From assembly GCA_964424945.1 (NCBI GenBank), contig CAYRLB010000001.1, forward strand, positions 7,047-71,046: a stretch of DNA of 64,000 nt, read 5' to 3'. Every line of letters begins with the position of its first letter. Positions within the stretch are counted from its first letter, which is position 1. The notes under the pieces were generated by a model that saw only the letters and a list, made by a program, of their open reading frames with translations, was not told where the DNA came from and ran no database searches. Source of the stretch: an uncultured Gemmatimonas sp. (GTDB lineage: Bacteria > Gemmatimonadota > Gemmatimonadetes > Longimicrobiales > Longimicrobiaceae). A program made the position numbers and the translations under genes. Below, piece by piece: positions 48,365 through 58,342 of the stretch.

Positions 48365-49924
48365 TCAGATCCCGTACAGCGGCCGGAGCTTGTTCTCCAG
48401 ATACGACATGAACGGGAGCGCCGTAAGGCTCTCGCCCGAGACCCGGCGGCAGAGTTCCGGCGCGGTGAAGCGGCGGCCATGGCAGTGGATCTCTCGTCTC
48501 AGCCATTCGAGCAGCGGCTCGAACTCGCCGCGGGTGAAACTCCCGTCGAGATCCGGAAGCTGCTGCCGGAGCGCGCTCCAGAACTGCGCGGCGTAAAGAT
48601 TCCCGAGCGTATAGGTCGGGAAATATCCGATCGCACCCATCGACCAGTGAACGTCCTGGAGGCAGCCGCGGCGATCATCGGGCACGTCAAGGCCGAGGTC
48701 GGACTTCATCCGCTCGTTCCAGACCCCCGGCACCTCCCGAACCGGCAGATCGCCGGAAAGCAGCCCGCGCTCGAGGTCGAAGCGGATCATGATGTGGAGA
48801 TTGTAGGTCGCCTCATCGCTGTCCACCCGGATGAGGCCGGGCTGGACGACGTTCATGGCACCATAAACCTGGTCGACGGTCAGACCATCGAGCGCGGTCC
48901 CGAAGGCGGCCGCGGCCTCCGGAAGCGCCCACGCCCAGAAGGAGGCGGAGCGCCCGACCATGTTCTCCCACATCCGGGACTGGCTCTCGTGAATCCCGAG
49001 GCTTACCGACTCGCTCAGCGGCTGGCCCGGATGCGCATCTTTCGGAAGCCCCTGCTCGTAGAGGCCGTGCCCGGTTTCGTGCAGGGTGGAGCTGAGTGCG
49101 TCGAAGAAGTCCAGCTCGGTGTAGCGGGTCGTCATTCGCGTGTCCCCCCGCCCGACGCCCTGGCAGAAGGGGTGAGTCGAGGTGTCGAGCCGTCCGGCGT
49201 TGAAGTCGAAGCCGACCCGACCGGCAACATATGCATTGAACGCAGCCTGTCGTTCAATGGGGATCCGGATGTCGCTGAGACGGCGCGCCGCCGACTTCTC
49301 CGTCGCAGCGATCTCCTGGATCAGCGGCGCGAGACGACCGCGAAGGTCGGTGAAAACCTCCACGATTTCAGCGGTGCGAGCACCCGGTTCGTACTCGTCG
49401 AGGAGTGGGTCGTATCGGTCGACGGTGTCCGGCCCGGCGAGGCAATCGGCACGCAGTCGGGTCAGCTCCACGATCTTCTCGAGCCAGGGAGCAAAGCTCT
49501 CGAAATCGCTGCGCTCCCGGGCTTCGCGCCAGGCCCGCTGGGCGTGCGTGGTCGTCTCTGCGAACTGCCGGATCAGCGATGACGGGACCTTGACGGCCTG
49601 GTCGTAGCCGCGCCGCAGCTCGCGGAGGTTCGCGGCGATGATGGGGTCGCTGGTGAGGTTCGAATCCTCCTCACAGCGCGCCAGCATGTCCGCCATCCGC
49701 GGGGAGATGCGCCGCTCATGGACGAGCTGTCCGAGTGCCGCTCCCTGCTCCGCACGCAATGCAGTGCCGCTCCTCGGCATCATCGTCTCCTGGTCCCACG
49801 AGAGAAGCGCATTGACGGACGCGAGGACCTCGATCTCCCGAAGTTCACGACAAAGCTCGTCGTAGGCGGGGGATGACCCGGATGAAGGGGCACGAACCGG
49901 TTCGGGCATGATGGCCTCAGACAT
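48365..49924 (-). CDS. M32-family carboxypeptidase (Taq-type)
   Basis: 'HETGHGLYEQG' and 'GIHESQSRMWEN'. Confidence 0.9.
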   Translation of the reverse strand: MSEAIMPEPVRAPSSGSSPAYDELCRELREIEVLASVNALLSWDQETMMPRSGTALRAEQGAALGQLVHERRISPRMADMLARCEEDSNLTSDPIIAANLRELRRGYDQAVKVPSSLIRQFAETTTHAQRAWREARERSDFESFAPWLEKIVELTRLRADCLAGPDTVDRYDPLLDEYEPGARTAEIVEVFTDLRGRLAPLIQEIAATEKSAARRLSDIRIPIERQAAFNAYVAGRVGFDFNAGRLDTSTHPFCQGVGRGDTRMTTRYTELDFFDALSSTLHETGHGLYEQGLPKDAHPGQPLSESVSLGIHESQSRMWENMVGRSASFWAWALPEAAAAFGTALDGLTVDQVYGAMNVVQPGLIRVDSDEATYNLHIMIRFDLERGLLSGDLPVREVPGVWNERMKSDLGLDVPDDRRGCLQDVHWSMGAIGYFPTYTLGNLYAAQFWSALRQQLPDLDGSFTRGEFEPLLEWLRREIHCHGRRFTAPELCRRVSGESLTALPFMSYLENKLRPLYGI

Positions 49925-51356
49925 GGAGTTCCGGCGTCGGCTGCTCGACTTCTCCTGCGTATCGTGCGAGTACCGGGGTCACCCACTCTTCGAGGAAGGC
50001 GTCCACCTGCTCAGGCGCACGGCCGACATACCGCTCAGGGCGCAGCGCTTCCTCCAGCTCCGCGCGCTCCACCCCGAAGGCCGAATCGGCGGCGATGCGG
50101 TCGAGGAGGTCATTGTCGAGCCCCTCCATCTTCACACGTTCGCCGGCCGCGATCGCATGCTTCCGGACCCGCTCATGAAGGTCCTGCCGGTCTCCGCCCG
50201 CCCGAACACTGCGCATCATCAGATTCTCCGTGGCCATGAAGGGGAGCTCGTCCATCAGCCTGCGGCGGATCATCTCCGGGTAGACGACGAGCCCCGAGGA
50301 CACATTGTGGAGGATGAGGAGGATCGAATCGATCGTCAGATATGCTTCCGGGACGGCGATCCGCTTGTTGGCGGAATCGTCCAGGGTGCGCTCGAACCAC
50401 TGCGTCGCGGCGGTGAACGCCGGATCCATCACGAGGGTGATGGCATGGCGCGCCAGCGCGGTGATGCGCTCGGTGCGCATCGGGTTCCGCTTGTACGGCA
50501 TCGCAGAGGAGCCGATCTGATGCTCCTCGAATGGCTCCTCGATCTCCTTCAGATGGGAGAGCAGCCGGATATCGTGTGCGAACTTCGACGCGGATTGCGC
50601 GACGCCGGCGAGGGTCGAGAGGCAGCTGTAGTCGGTCTTCCGGGTGTACGTCTGGCCGGTGACGCCATAGAGCTTGTCGAAGCCCATCCGCGCAGCAACC
50701 CTTCGGTTCAGCTCCTCGACCTTCTCATGATCCCCCTCGAAGAGATCGAGGAAGGAGGCCTGGGTGCCGGTCGTGCCGCGCAAGCCGCGGAAGCGAAGGG
50801 TGTCGAGACGGAACTCGATTTCCTCCAGGTCCAGGAGCAGGTCCTGAATCCAGAGGGTCGCGCGCTTCCCGACTGTGGTCGGCTGCGCGGGCTGGAAGTG
50901 TGTGAAGCCGAGCGTCGGAAGGTCGCGGTAGGTGCGCGCGAAGTCGGAGAGCGCCAGGACGACGCCGAGAAGACGCCGCCGCACGAGGATGAGCGCTTCC
51001 CGATGCTGGATGAGGTCGGTGTTGTCACCGACGAAGGCGCTCGTCGCCCCGAGATGGATGATCCCTCGCGCAGCAGGCGCCTGCTCCCCCAGGTGATGGA
51101 CGTGCGCCATCACATCATGCCGGAGCTCTCGTTCGAGAGCGCCCGCGCGCTTGAGGTCGAAGTCATCGAGATGCTGGCGAATCGCTTCGATCGCTTCCTC
51201 CGACACCTCCAGCCCCATCTCCCGTTCGGCCTCGGCCAGCGCCAGCCAGAGCCTGCGCCATTGGCCGAACTTGAACTTTGCGGAGAAGATGTACGACATC
51301 TCCGAAGAGGCGTACCTGCCGGTAAGCGGATTCTCGTAACGGTCGGCTGCGTCCAT
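49917..51356 (-). CDS. purB: Adenylosuccinate lyase
   Basis: 479 aa fumarase/ASL-superfamily protein, 'SSAMPYKRNP' signature. Confidence 0.95.
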   Translation of the reverse strand: MDAADRYENPLTGRYASSEMSYIFSAKFKFGQWRRLWLALAEAEREMGLEVSEEAIEAIRQHLDDFDLKRAGALERELRHDVMAHVHHLGEQAPAARGIIHLGATSAFVGDNTDLIQHREALILVRRRLLGVVLALSDFARTYRDLPTLGFTHFQPAQPTTVGKRATLWIQDLLLDLEEIEFRLDTLRFRGLRGTTGTQASFLDLFEGDHEKVEELNRRVAARMGFDKLYGVTGQTYTRKTDYSCLSTLAGVAQSASKFAHDIRLLSHLKEIEEPFEEHQIGSSAMPYKRNPMRTERITALARHAITLVMDPAFTAATQWFERTLDDSANKRIAVPEAYLTIDSILLILHNVSSGLVVYPEMIRRRLMDELPFMATENLMMRSVRAGGDRQDLHERVRKHAIAAGERVKMEGLDNDLLDRIAADSAFGVERAELEEALRPERYVGRAPEQVDAFLEEWVTPVLARYAGEVEQPTPELHV

Positions 51357-51416
51357 CAGTCGGTCGGCTTCCTTTATGAGGGGGTCGATAGCTCCCCGTT
51401 GATCGTCGTCTCGAAT

Positions 51417-52208
51417 TCAAGTCGGCAGATAGCCACGCGGGTAGCACCCGGTGTCGTAATCCACCCGTGCCAGATAAAGCCCCTCGGGTGGGGCAGGCGG
51501 AGAGGTCAGGAGCTCGGATTCCCCGCCGAGAAGTGCGGCAAGATCGGAAAGGGGCCGTTTGCCGCTCGCTATGTCCACCATCGTACCGACAAGATAACGG
51601 ACCATATGGTGGAGGAACCGATTCGCGGAAATATGCAGATCCAGACCCACCGCCTCCGATTCCACCCAACGCGCCTGCGTTACCGTGCAGCGGTCGCCCC
51701 GCTCTTCCTGGCCCGCCTTGGCGAAGGCGCGGAAGGAGTGGTCCCCCACGATCTGCCGGCCGGCTTCATCGAGAAGTGCCCGGTCGAGAGGGCGAGCGAA
51801 AGGCCAGCACCATCGCGAATGAAAGGGCGATGCGGCCTCCTCCACCGTCCCCACACGATAGATGTACGACCGCTGCCTCGCGTCGAAGCGGGGATGAAAG
51901 CGCGGGTCGACCTCCTCGGCATGTGCAATCCAGATGGTCGGCGGAAGAAGTGCGTTCGCAGCCTTTCGCACCTTCGTTGCATCCCAGCTGAGAGGCGCAT
52001 CGACCGTGGCGACCTGCCCCGTCGCGTGCACCCCTCGATCGGTGCGCCCCGACCCGGTGACACGCGCGGGACGGTTGAACAGGCGGCTGAAGAGCGCCTC
52101 CAGAACCCCCTGCACGGTCGGATCGCGCGGCTGAAGCTGCCAGCCGAAAAAGGCCGCTCCGTCGTACTGAACGGTGAACGCGATGCGTCGATAATCCCCT
52201 GAAGACAT
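51417..52208 (-). CDS. truA: tRNA pseudouridine(38-40) synthase
   Basis: 'YDGAAFFGWQ' and catalytic 'GSGRTDRGVHATGQV'. Confidence 0.9.
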   Translation of the reverse strand: MSSGDYRRIAFTVQYDGAAFFGWQLQPRDPTVQGVLEALFSRLFNRPARVTGSGRTDRGVHATGQVATVDAPLSWDATKVRKAANALLPPTIWIAHAEEVDPRFHPRFDARQRSYIYRVGTVEEAASPFHSRWCWPFARPLDRALLDEAGRQIVGDHSFRAFAKAGQEERGDRCTVTQARWVESEAVGLDLHISANRFLHHMVRYLVGTMVDIASGKRPLSDLAALLGGESELLTSPPAPPEGLYLARVDYDTGCYPRGYLPT

Positions 52209-52657
52209 GGCGGGAAGCTATCGCCGCAGGGCATCCGTTCGCCACCGGAGTGTCACGCGGGTCAGAGTGAGGGGCGGATCATCGGGCGGCCCGCAAGATG
52301 GTCTCTGTGAAGCGCGCCGGATGTAACGAAGTGTCGGCGCAGCTCGAATAAACATGAACCGGAGCTTACTGCTGGCGAGGCCTGAACGTCAGCGATCGCT
52401 TGAAGGGTGAGTTTCGTTGTCGTGCGGGGGAGATGGCGCCCCGCAGGCAGTGGTTGTGGCTCGGGCATTCTGAAGCCTGACTTCAATATGCGTGCAGCAG
52501 ATTCCCGTCGCCGTCACGTGTGGGGCGGAAAACCCGCGCGCGAATGGGCGCCTGCAGGAGAATCCGCCGGGATCGGCTCGTTTGACATCATCTTCGCGAA
52601 GTCGCTACTTTCGGGCGCTTCCGACCCCCTTTTTTCTCGCTGCACCTGCGCGTCCGA

Positions 52658-53677
52658 ATGCCGCTCCAGAAGCTGATCCGTATCGCCGTGGACACCCCCC
52701 TTTCCGCCGAGGATGCGGAAGTGGCGTTTGGTGAGATCATGCAGGGCAGGGCGACGCCCGTTCAGATCGCAGCGCTGCTCATCGCCATCCGGGCTCGGGG
52801 CGCGGTGCCGGAAGAGGTGGCCGGCGGCGTGCGCGCGCTCCGCGCCGCGATGGTCCCGGTGGCCGTGGACGAGGCTGTCGGCGTGGTCGATACCTGCGGG
52901 ACGGGGGGCGGCAACGTCACGACATTCAACATCTCGACGGCTGCGGCCCTACTCGCCTCCGGCCTCGGGATCCCCGTGGCGAAACACGGGAACCGCAGCT
53001 TCAGCTCCAGATGCGGGAGTGCGGACGTCCTGGAAAGCCTCGGCGTACGGATCGATGTCCCCGCGGACAGGCAGGCGGAAATCCTTCGGGAGGTCGGAAT
53101 CGTCTTCCTCTTCGCACCCTCGCACCATCCTGCGATGCGGCATGTGGGGCCGGTGAGGAAGGAGCTCGGGATGTTCACCATCATGAACCTTCTCGGGCCG
53201 CTCACCAACCCGGCAGGCGTCCGTCGCCAGGTTGTCGGCGTCGCGGACCCCGCCCTGATTCCACTCGTCGCGGGAGCGCTGCAGAACCTCGGACATGAGC
53301 GGGCGCTCGTCGTCCATGGCGAGCCGGGCCTCGACGAACTCAGCCCGCTCGGCGTCACCCGCGGCATCGAACTGGTCGATGGCGAACTTCGCGATCTCCG
53401 CTTCGACCCCGAACGCGAACTGGGTTGGAGCGGCTTCCAGAACATCGAGCTGGCAGGGGGCGGGCCGGCAGAAAACGCCGCGGTCATCACCGAGGTCCTG
53501 CAGGGAAGACGACGGGGCGCAGCCCGCGCTGCCGTCCTGCTCAACGCAGCCGCCGCTCTTCTGGTCGCCGACCGCGCCTCCTCACTCGCTGAAGGCGTCA
53601 CCACAGCCGAAGAAGCCCTGGACGCAGGCCTCGGCTGGGAACAGCTCGAGCGCCTCCGGAAGGCGACCGCGGAATAA
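52658..53677 (+). CDS. trpD: Anthranilate phosphoribosyltransferase
   Basis: 'DTCGTGGGNVTTFNISTAAA' and 'KHGNRSFSSRCGSADVLE'. Confidence 0.9.
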   Translation: MPLQKLIRIAVDTPLSAEDAEVAFGEIMQGRATPVQIAALLIAIRARGAVPEEVAGGVRALRAAMVPVAVDEAVGVVDTCGTGGGNVTTFNISTAAALLASGLGIPVAKHGNRSFSSRCGSADVLESLGVRIDVPADRQAEILREVGIVFLFAPSHHPAMRHVGPVRKELGMFTIMNLLGPLTNPAGVRRQVVGVADPALIPLVAGALQNLGHERALVVHGEPGLDELSPLGVTRGIELVDGELRDLRFDPERELGWSGFQNIELAGGGPAENAAVITEVLQGRRRGAARAAVLLNAAAALLVADRASSLAEGVTTAEEALDAGLGWEQLERLRKATAE

Positions 53678-53695
53678 CCGCCGGCGCCCGCGCCG

Positions 53696-53827
53696 CTAAA
53701 CGGTTATGACCGCCTGCAGCTCCCAGGGTCCCGGGAAGGGCGCCGCCGCCGGCTCATTCATGAAAACGACGCGGCTCCCCTTCTTGTCGATCCGGCCTAT
53801 GACCCAGAGCGTGCTCTTCCCCTTCAT
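53696..53827 (-). CDS. Candidate 43-aa ORF immediately downstream of lexA
   Basis: Below the ORF-track cutoff and translated by hand: MKGKSTLWVIGRIDKKGSRVVFMNEPAAAPFPGPWELQAVITV. GGAG 6 nt before the ATG, 18 nt after the lexA stop. By hand count, 36 of 43 codons end in G or C. Confidence 0.35.
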   Translation of the reverse strand: MKGKSTLWVIGRIDKKGSRVVFMNEPAAAPFPGPWELQAVITV

Positions 53828-53845
53828 TCGCGGCTCCCTGGCTGA

Positions 53846-54448
53846 TTAGTATCTGCGGATGACGGCGACCACGATCCCCTGGATCGCCACTTCGGACTCA
53901 TCGAAATACATCGCCTCCATCGTGGCATTCGCCGGCTGGAGCCGGATCCGCCCCGCCCGCTCCCGGTAATACTTCTTGACGGTCGCCGAGTCGCCATTCA
54001 CCAGGGCCACCACCATCTCCCCATTGTCGGCCGTCTGACGGGAGTTCACCACGATGTAGTCGCCGTCCCGGATCTGCTCCTCGATCATCGAGTCGCCCCG
54101 GACGCGCAGGACGTAATTATTGCCCGATCGCAACATATCATGGGGCACTGACAGCGACTCCCGCTCCTCGATCGCTTCGATCGGATAACCGGCCGCAACG
54201 GTGCCGAGAAGAGGAAGGTCTACCGCGAGCGTTCCCTCGGCCGGAACCAGCTCCAGCGAGCGGCTCCGGTTGTAGTTCTTCCTTAAATAGCCCTTTCGCT
54301 CCAGATTACTGAGGTGCTCGTGAACCGTGGCGAGCGAGGAATAGCCGAAAAAGCCTGCGATCTCCTCGAAGCTCGGGGAGTAGCCGTAGCTGTCCAGAAA
54401 GCTCTCGATGTAGTCGAGGATCTCGCGCTGGCGCTTCGTGAGTGACAT
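53846..54448 (-). CDS. lexA: LexA repressor
   Basis: 'LTKRQREILDYI', cleavage site 'VAAGYP', catalytic 'RGDSM' and Lys in 'ATVKKY'. Confidence 0.95.
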   Translation of the reverse strand: MSLTKRQREILDYIESFLDSYGYSPSFEEIAGFFGYSSLATVHEHLSNLERKGYLRKNYNRSRSLELVPAEGTLAVDLPLLGTVAAGYPIEAIEERESLSVPHDMLRSGNNYVLRVRGDSMIEEQIRDGDYIVVNSRQTADNGEMVVALVNGDSATVKKYYRERAGRIRLQPANATMEAMYFDESEVAIQGIVVAVIRRY

Positions 54449-54528
54449 GGCTTGAAACGGCGGAAGTTGGAGGCCGAACAGACACCGAAGTGAATCTACC
54501 CGAAGCGAAGCCGAAGGGCAAGGAAGAC

Positions 54529-55362
54529 GTGATTGGTCATGAGTCGGCGCGGTCTGTGGATCGTCTCGCGGCGATCGTCGAGGTGAAGCGTGAGGAGGTC
54601 GCCGCGCTGGAGAACGACCGGGCGGCGCTCCGCGAGGCGGCGACTGCTGCCCCCCCGACCCGGGGCTTCGCGGCTGCGCTGCGCGTCCCGGCGGAGGTCC
54701 GCCTCCTGGCCGAGATCAAGAACCGATCGCCCTCCGCCGGTGCGATCCGGGAGGGCGCGGATCCGGTCGAGGTGGCGCGCGCGTACGAGGCGGGTGGCGC
54801 TGCGGCGCTCTCAGTACTAACCGATGAGCGCTTCTTCGGCGGCTCCCTCGAGGCGCTCCGTCGCGTCAGGGCGGCGGTATCGCTCCCGCTCCTCCGGAAG
54901 GATTTCATCATCGATCCGGTTCAGATCTGGGAGGCGAGGGCTGCCGGCGCAGACGCGATTCTGCTCATCGTGCGTATTCTCGACGATGCGCAGCTGCGCG
55001 ACCTTCACGCCGAAGCGCGTGCCTTGGGCCTGGATGCTCTCGTCGAGATTCATGATCCCGCCGAGCTCGATCGGGCGCTTGCGATCGGCGCGTCACTGAT
55101 CGGGGTGAACAACCGGGATCTGAGTACCTTCCGCACGGATCTCGCCCTTTCCCTCGAGGTGTCGCCCAGTGTCAATGCCGGGGTCACGCTCGTTGCGGAA
55201 AGCGGGATCCGCACGCGGGACGATGTGGAGCGGCTCGGATCGGCAGGCGTCGATGCGATCCTGGTCGGCGAATCGCTGATGCGCCAAACCGATCTTCAGG
55301 GAGCCGCCGCAGCGCTCAGCGGGGTCTCCCGGGACGATCGCGTCCGGGCGGCCGCAAGCTGA
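54529..55362 (+). CDS. trpC: Indole-3-glycerol phosphate synthase
   Basis: 'LAEIKNRSPSAGAIRE', 'LSVLTDERFFGGS', 'IGVNNRDL'. GTG start chosen to avoid overlap with the lexA start, so it is uncertain. Confidence 0.85.
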   Translation: MIGHESARSVDRLAAIVEVKREEVAALENDRAALREAATAAPPTRGFAAALRVPAEVRLLAEIKNRSPSAGAIREGADPVEVARAYEAGGAAALSVLTDERFFGGSLEALRRVRAAVSLPLLRKDFIIDPVQIWEARAAGADAILLIVRILDDAQLRDLHAEARALGLDALVEIHDPAELDRALAIGASLIGVNNRDLSTFRTDLALSLEVSPSVNAGVTLVAESGIRTRDDVERLGSAGVDAILVGESLMRQTDLQGAAAALSGVSRDDRVRAAAS

Positions 55363-56015
55363 TGGCCGACATCAAGATCTGCGGACTGACGCGACTGGAG
55401 GATGCCCGGGCCGCCGAGGCGGCGGGCGCGACGTACGGCGGGGTCATTCTTGCCGATGGAAGCCCTCGCCGCGTCCACGCTGCGGAGGTGGTTCGCATCT
55501 TCGACGGGGTCGCGCTGCACCGTTGCGGAGTATTCGTGAACGCCGACTTCGCCACCATCTCGGCCGCTTTCGACGAGATGGCTCTCGAGGTCGTGCAGCT
55601 TCACGGCGACGAGGGGCCGGAGTTCGCGCGTCGGCTGCGGGAAGAGCTCGGGGTCGAGACCTGGAAGGCGCTGCGCCCCCGGAGCGGTGAGGAGTTTGCC
55701 AGAGAGATGGAGCAGTTCGCCGGCGAGGTCGACGGGGTGCTCCTCGACGGCTGGTCGAAAACGGCGCGGGGCGGAACAGGAACGCCCTTTCCCTGGGCGG
55801 ATGTCGCGTCGCGCAGAAATGAGCTTCCCGATGATCTCCGGTTCGTTGCGGCAGGCGGACTTGGCCCCGCGAATGTCGCCGAAATGATGGAACTCCTCTC
55901 CCCGGACGTGGTCGATGTCAGCAGTGGCGTCGAGCGTGCGCCCGGGTTGAAGGATCACACTCTCATCCACGAGTTTGCGGCGGCCGTTCGTTCCGCCACC
56001 GCGAGGAAGGAATAG
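55362..56015 (+). CDS. trpF: Phosphoribosylanthranilate isomerase
   Basis: '[12 protein letters not shown]', 'VQLHGDE'. 1-nt TGATG junction with trpC. Confidence 0.9.
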   Translation: MADIKICGLTRLEDARAAEAAGATYGGVILADGSPRRVHAAEVVRIFDGVALHRCGVFVNADFATISAAFDEMALEVVQLHGDEGPEFARRLREELGVETWKALRPRSGEEFAREMEQFAGEVDGVLLDGWSKTARGGTGTPFPWADVASRRNELPDDLRFVAAGGLGPANVAEMMELLSPDVVDVSSGVERAPGLKDHTLIHEFAAAVRSATARKE

Positions 56016-56016
56016 C

Positions 56017-57222
56017 ATGACGGCTGGACGTGCAGCAGGTTCCCGGCTCGATACCGACAGATTCGGGCAGTTCGGGGGACGGTTCGTACCCGAGACGCTG
56101 ATCGCCGCGCTGGACGAACTGGTCGAGGTGTACCGCGAGGCTTCCGACGACCCCTCCTACTGGGAGGAGCTGGAATCGCTCTGGGCCGATTATGTCGGAC
56201 GGCCGACCCCGCTCTATCGCGCCCGGCGGCTCGGGGAAGCGTCCGGGGGAATCGAGCTGTATCTCAAGCGCGAAGATCTGAACCATACCGGATCGCACAA
56301 GATCAACAACTGCCTCGGGCAGGTGCTTCTCGCTCTGCGCATGGGGAAGCGGCGGATCATCGCGGAGACCGGAGCCGGTCAGCATGGCGTGGCCACGGCC
56401 ACGGTCTGCGCACTCTTCGGGCTCGACTGCGTGGTCTACATGGGGGAGGAGGATGTCCGGCGTCAGGCGCTGAACGTCTACCGGATGAAGCTGCTCGGCG
56501 CGGAAGTCCGCCCTGTGAACTCCGGCACCCGGACGCTGAAGGATGCGACGAATGAAGCGATCCGCGACTGGGTGACGAACGTCTCGGATACGCACTATAT
56601 CATCGGCTCGGTGGTAGGACCCCACCCGTACCCGATGATGGTTCGTGACTTCCAGTCGATCATCGGCCGTGAGTCGCGTTCCCAGTGTCTTTCGGTGACG
56701 GGCCGGCTCCCCGCAGCGGTGATCGCCTGTGTCGGCGGCGGCTCCAACTCGATGGGCATCTTCCACCCCTTCGTGGGTGACGCGGACGTCGAGCTGATCG
56801 GCGTTGAGGCGGCCGGCGAGGGCGTCGACAGCGAGCACCATGCTGCGACGCTGACGCTGGGCAAGCCGGGCGTTCTGCACGGTTCGCTTTCCTATCTTCT
56901 GCAGGATTCGCACGGACAGGTGGCCGCCGCCCATTCGATCTCGGCCGGTCTCGACTATCCGGGCGTGGGGCCTGAGCACTCCTTCCTCAAGGAGCAGGGA
57001 AGGGCGACGTACACGAGCGCCACGGACGCGGAGGCCCTCGAAGGCTTTGAGCAGCTTGCCCGGCTGGAAGGGATCATTCCGGCGCTGGAAAGTGCGCACG
57101 CGATCGCCTACGTGCTGCGAGAGGGTGCGCGCTGGAAAGATCGAGGCCCTGTGATCGTCTGTCTGAGTGGGCGCGGCGACAAGGACGTTGCGCAGATAGC
57201 GGAGATGCAGGGCGCGCTCTGA
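56017..57222 (+). CDS. trpB: Tryptophan synthase beta chain
   Basis: '[13 protein letters not shown]', PLP-Lys motif 'HTGSHKINN', 'GGGSNSMG'. Confidence 0.95.
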   Translation: MTAGRAAGSRLDTDRFGQFGGRFVPETLIAALDELVEVYREASDDPSYWEELESLWADYVGRPTPLYRARRLGEASGGIELYLKREDLNHTGSHKINNCLGQVLLALRMGKRRIIAETGAGQHGVATATVCALFGLDCVVYMGEEDVRRQALNVYRMKLLGAEVRPVNSGTRTLKDATNEAIRDWVTNVSDTHYIIGSVVGPHPYPMMVRDFQSIIGRESRSQCLSVTGRLPAAVIACVGGGSNSMGIFHPFVGDADVELIGVEAAGEGVDSEHHAATLTLGKPGVLHGSLSYLLQDSHGQVAAAHSISAGLDYPGVGPEHSFLKEQGRATYTSATDAEALEGFEQLARLEGIIPALESAHAIAYVLREGARWKDRGPVIVCLSGRGDKDVAQIAEMQGAL

Positions 57223-57422
57223 GCTGCGACGTCACGGCGACAAGCCGGGCGAATCCGAACCGGCCTCGCGTGAAGGTGATCTTCAATGAGCGTGGCATGT
57301 GCCGAGGATCCCGCTCCTGGAGATGGGCCTCCGTGAGGGGGATCCTGCGGCGCGTTCCCCACATCGTTCAATCATCAGGACTACCAATCCCGGGAAGTGC
57401 GGGATCAACGTGAAGGAGTACT

Positions 57423-58241
57423 TTGTCTAGACCGCAAGGAAGGATTGCCGCAGCGTTCGCGGAGGCGCGTGCAGAGGGGCGGGCGGCACTGGTCATCTAC
57501 ACCACTGCGGGACATCCTCAGGTCGATCGCGGGCTTGAAGCACTGATCGCACTCGCCGATGCCGGCACCGACGTGCTGGAACTCGGCGTTCCGTTCAGCG
57601 ACCCGCTGGCGGACGGGCCCGTCATCCAGAAGTCGTCCTTCGATGCGATCGAGGGGGGCGTCGACCTCGTCTGGACGCTCGACCTCCTGCGGCGGTTCCG
57701 CCGTACGCATCAGACGCCCGTGGTGCTGTTCAGCTACCTGAATCCGATCCTCGATTTCGGGGTCGACCGCTTCCTTGCGGAGGCTGCCGAGGCCGGAGCG
57801 GATGGCGTTCTCCTCACGGATCTTCCGCTCGGCTCCGACGCAGCGCTGGAGGCGCGCTTCGAGGAGTCACCACTCGATCTCATCCGGCTTATCGCCCCCA
57901 CGACGAATCCGGAGCGGGCCCGGCAGATCGCCGATGCTTCCCAGGGGTTCGCCTACTATATCTCGCGGACGGGCGTAACCGGGGCGACTGCGGAGCTGTC
58001 GGGCACGCTGCTCGAGGAGCTTGCAGCGCTGCGTAGCTCGACGTCCACCCCCATCGCCGTCGGTTTCGGGATTTCGCGACCGGAACAGGCGATGGCCGTG
58101 GGGAATGCGGCAGATGGGGTGATCGTCGGCTCGGCGCTCGTCGATGCGCTGGCCCGGGAAGGCATTGAGGGGGGCGCCAGGCTGGTCGCCGGGCTGCGGG
58201 ACGCTCTATCGAGCGGGGCGAAGACGCCGGTCAGCGGCTGA
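57423..58241 (+). CDS. trpA: Tryptophan synthase alpha chain
   Basis: 'LELGVPFSDPLADGPVIQ', 'YYISRTGVTG'. TTG start. Confidence 0.9.
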   Translation: MSRPQGRIAAAFAEARAEGRAALVIYTTAGHPQVDRGLEALIALADAGTDVLELGVPFSDPLADGPVIQKSSFDAIEGGVDLVWTLDLLRRFRRTHQTPVVLFSYLNPILDFGVDRFLAEAAEAGADGVLLTDLPLGSDAALEARFEESPLDLIRLIAPTTNPERARQIADASQGFAYYISRTGVTGATAELSGTLLEELAALRSSTSTPIAVGFGISRPEQAMAVGNAADGVIVGSALVDALAREGIEGGARLVAGLRDALSSGAKTPVSG

Positions 58242-58342
58242 AGGATCGGGCGGCCGGCTGGCACACTGATCGTACCGCCAGCCACCTTGCGGGCCGGCGG
58301 CTGCGTGCTCGCGTCCGTCGGCGAAGCGGCTTCCGATTTTCG

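Noticed and set aside
49655-49670. tRNA T-arm-like 'GAGGTTCGAATCCTC'
   Set aside because: It lies inside the strongly supported M32 carboxypeptidase gene. No complementary acceptor 5' strand or D/anticodon arms are found upstream.
49908-52202. 764-aa plus-strand ORF
   Set aside because: It is antisense to the well-supported purB and truA genes. Its composition is Arg/Gly/Pro-rich, typical of shadow frames in high-GC DNA.
54449-54528. Search for a LexA operator (CTGT-N8-ACAG, GAAC-N4-GTTC) upstream of lexA
   Set aside because: No palindromic match to either consensus was seen, so I cannot call an SOS box from this window alone.
55963-57099. 378-aa minus-strand ORF
   Set aside because: Antisense to trpB.
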